A stretch of 64,000 nucleotides of DNA from Dimorphilus gyrociliatus (Eukaryota; Animalia; Annelida). The position numbers and the translations under genes were made by a program. The notes under the pieces were generated by a model. That model was not told the origin of the DNA, did no database searches, and was given only the letters and a program-made list of their open reading frames with translations. The stretch spans positions 1,394,510 through 1,458,509 of the forward strand of contig CAJFCJ010000007.1 of assembly GCA_904063045.1 (NCBI GenBank), read 5' to 3'. Shown here piece by piece: positions 63,698 through 64,000 of the stretch (its first letter is position 1; each line of letters opens with the position of its first letter).

Positions 63698-64000
63698 CTA
63701 TATTAGTTAGAAATTATACAATCAATACAATTAGTTGGCACGTGTTACAGTGATTAAATCTGGAAGGGTTCCGCATATGCGGGAGAATGTTTACGTGACA
63801 AGCCTACTTTTACTCAGTAAATTGACTCTATCGATTGACTGTCTTACATCGCAACTGCAAATCGATATTTCTTTATATTTTATAACCACTGCAATCAGGC
63901 GATACAGACTTGTAAATGTCATCTTTGAACTTTGAACCGTTGCCATGCTTTAAATGATCCTTCGACCAATTTTAAACATAACACCTGTGGTTTTCGTTTT

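Noticed and set aside
63735-63945. Short ORFs on either strand as candidate SLC25A1 first exon
   Set aside because: None gives a carrier-like N-terminus with a phase-1 donor; the first coding exon probably lies beyond the window.
1-64000. tRNA, rRNA, CRISPR arrays, transposase or reverse-transcriptase ORFs
   Set aside because: No cloverleaf with T-loop/D-loop consensus, no regularly spaced repeats, and no TE protein motifs or long terminal repeats were seen.

Overview
AT-rich, gene-dense eukaryotic (animal) DNA with many 50-110 nt GT-AG introns. The gene set and compaction suggest an invertebrate, probably a lophotrochozoan; a compact annelid genome such as Dimorphilus would fit, but that is inference. 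About 26 protein-coding genes can be assembled by hand: DDX18 (5' partial), PSMC5, RELCH, two rhodopsin-like GPCRs, an orphan type I membrane protein, a C-type lectin/WSC receptor, RRP36, hillarin, a small CAP-Gly protein, MGST3, PPP6R, SINHCAF, EIF2S3, CYC1, a Ubl/ankyrin plus coiled-coil locus, AKTIP, an SMB-domain family-B GPCR, a C2H2 ZNF, ZC3H3, a Maf bZIP, WWOX, CIBAR/FAM92, ESRP/fusilli, a CPBP protease and SLC25A1 (5' partial). Main oddities: (1) two paralogous GPCR genes nested antisense in one 3.5 kb RELCH intron; (2) a textbook U12-type intron in ESRP; (3) a WSC domain inserted inside a C-type lectin domain; (4) an intron-containing CPBP/Abi protease with bacterial-type motifs, a horizontal-transfer candidate; (5) head-to-head gene pairs with only 91 and 108 nt between start codons; (6) housekeeping genes that keep only a single 5'-most intron. 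No rRNA, tRNA, CRISPR array or recognisable transposon was found. Exon boundaries were inferred by eye from splice signals and reading-frame continuity, and no database searches were run.
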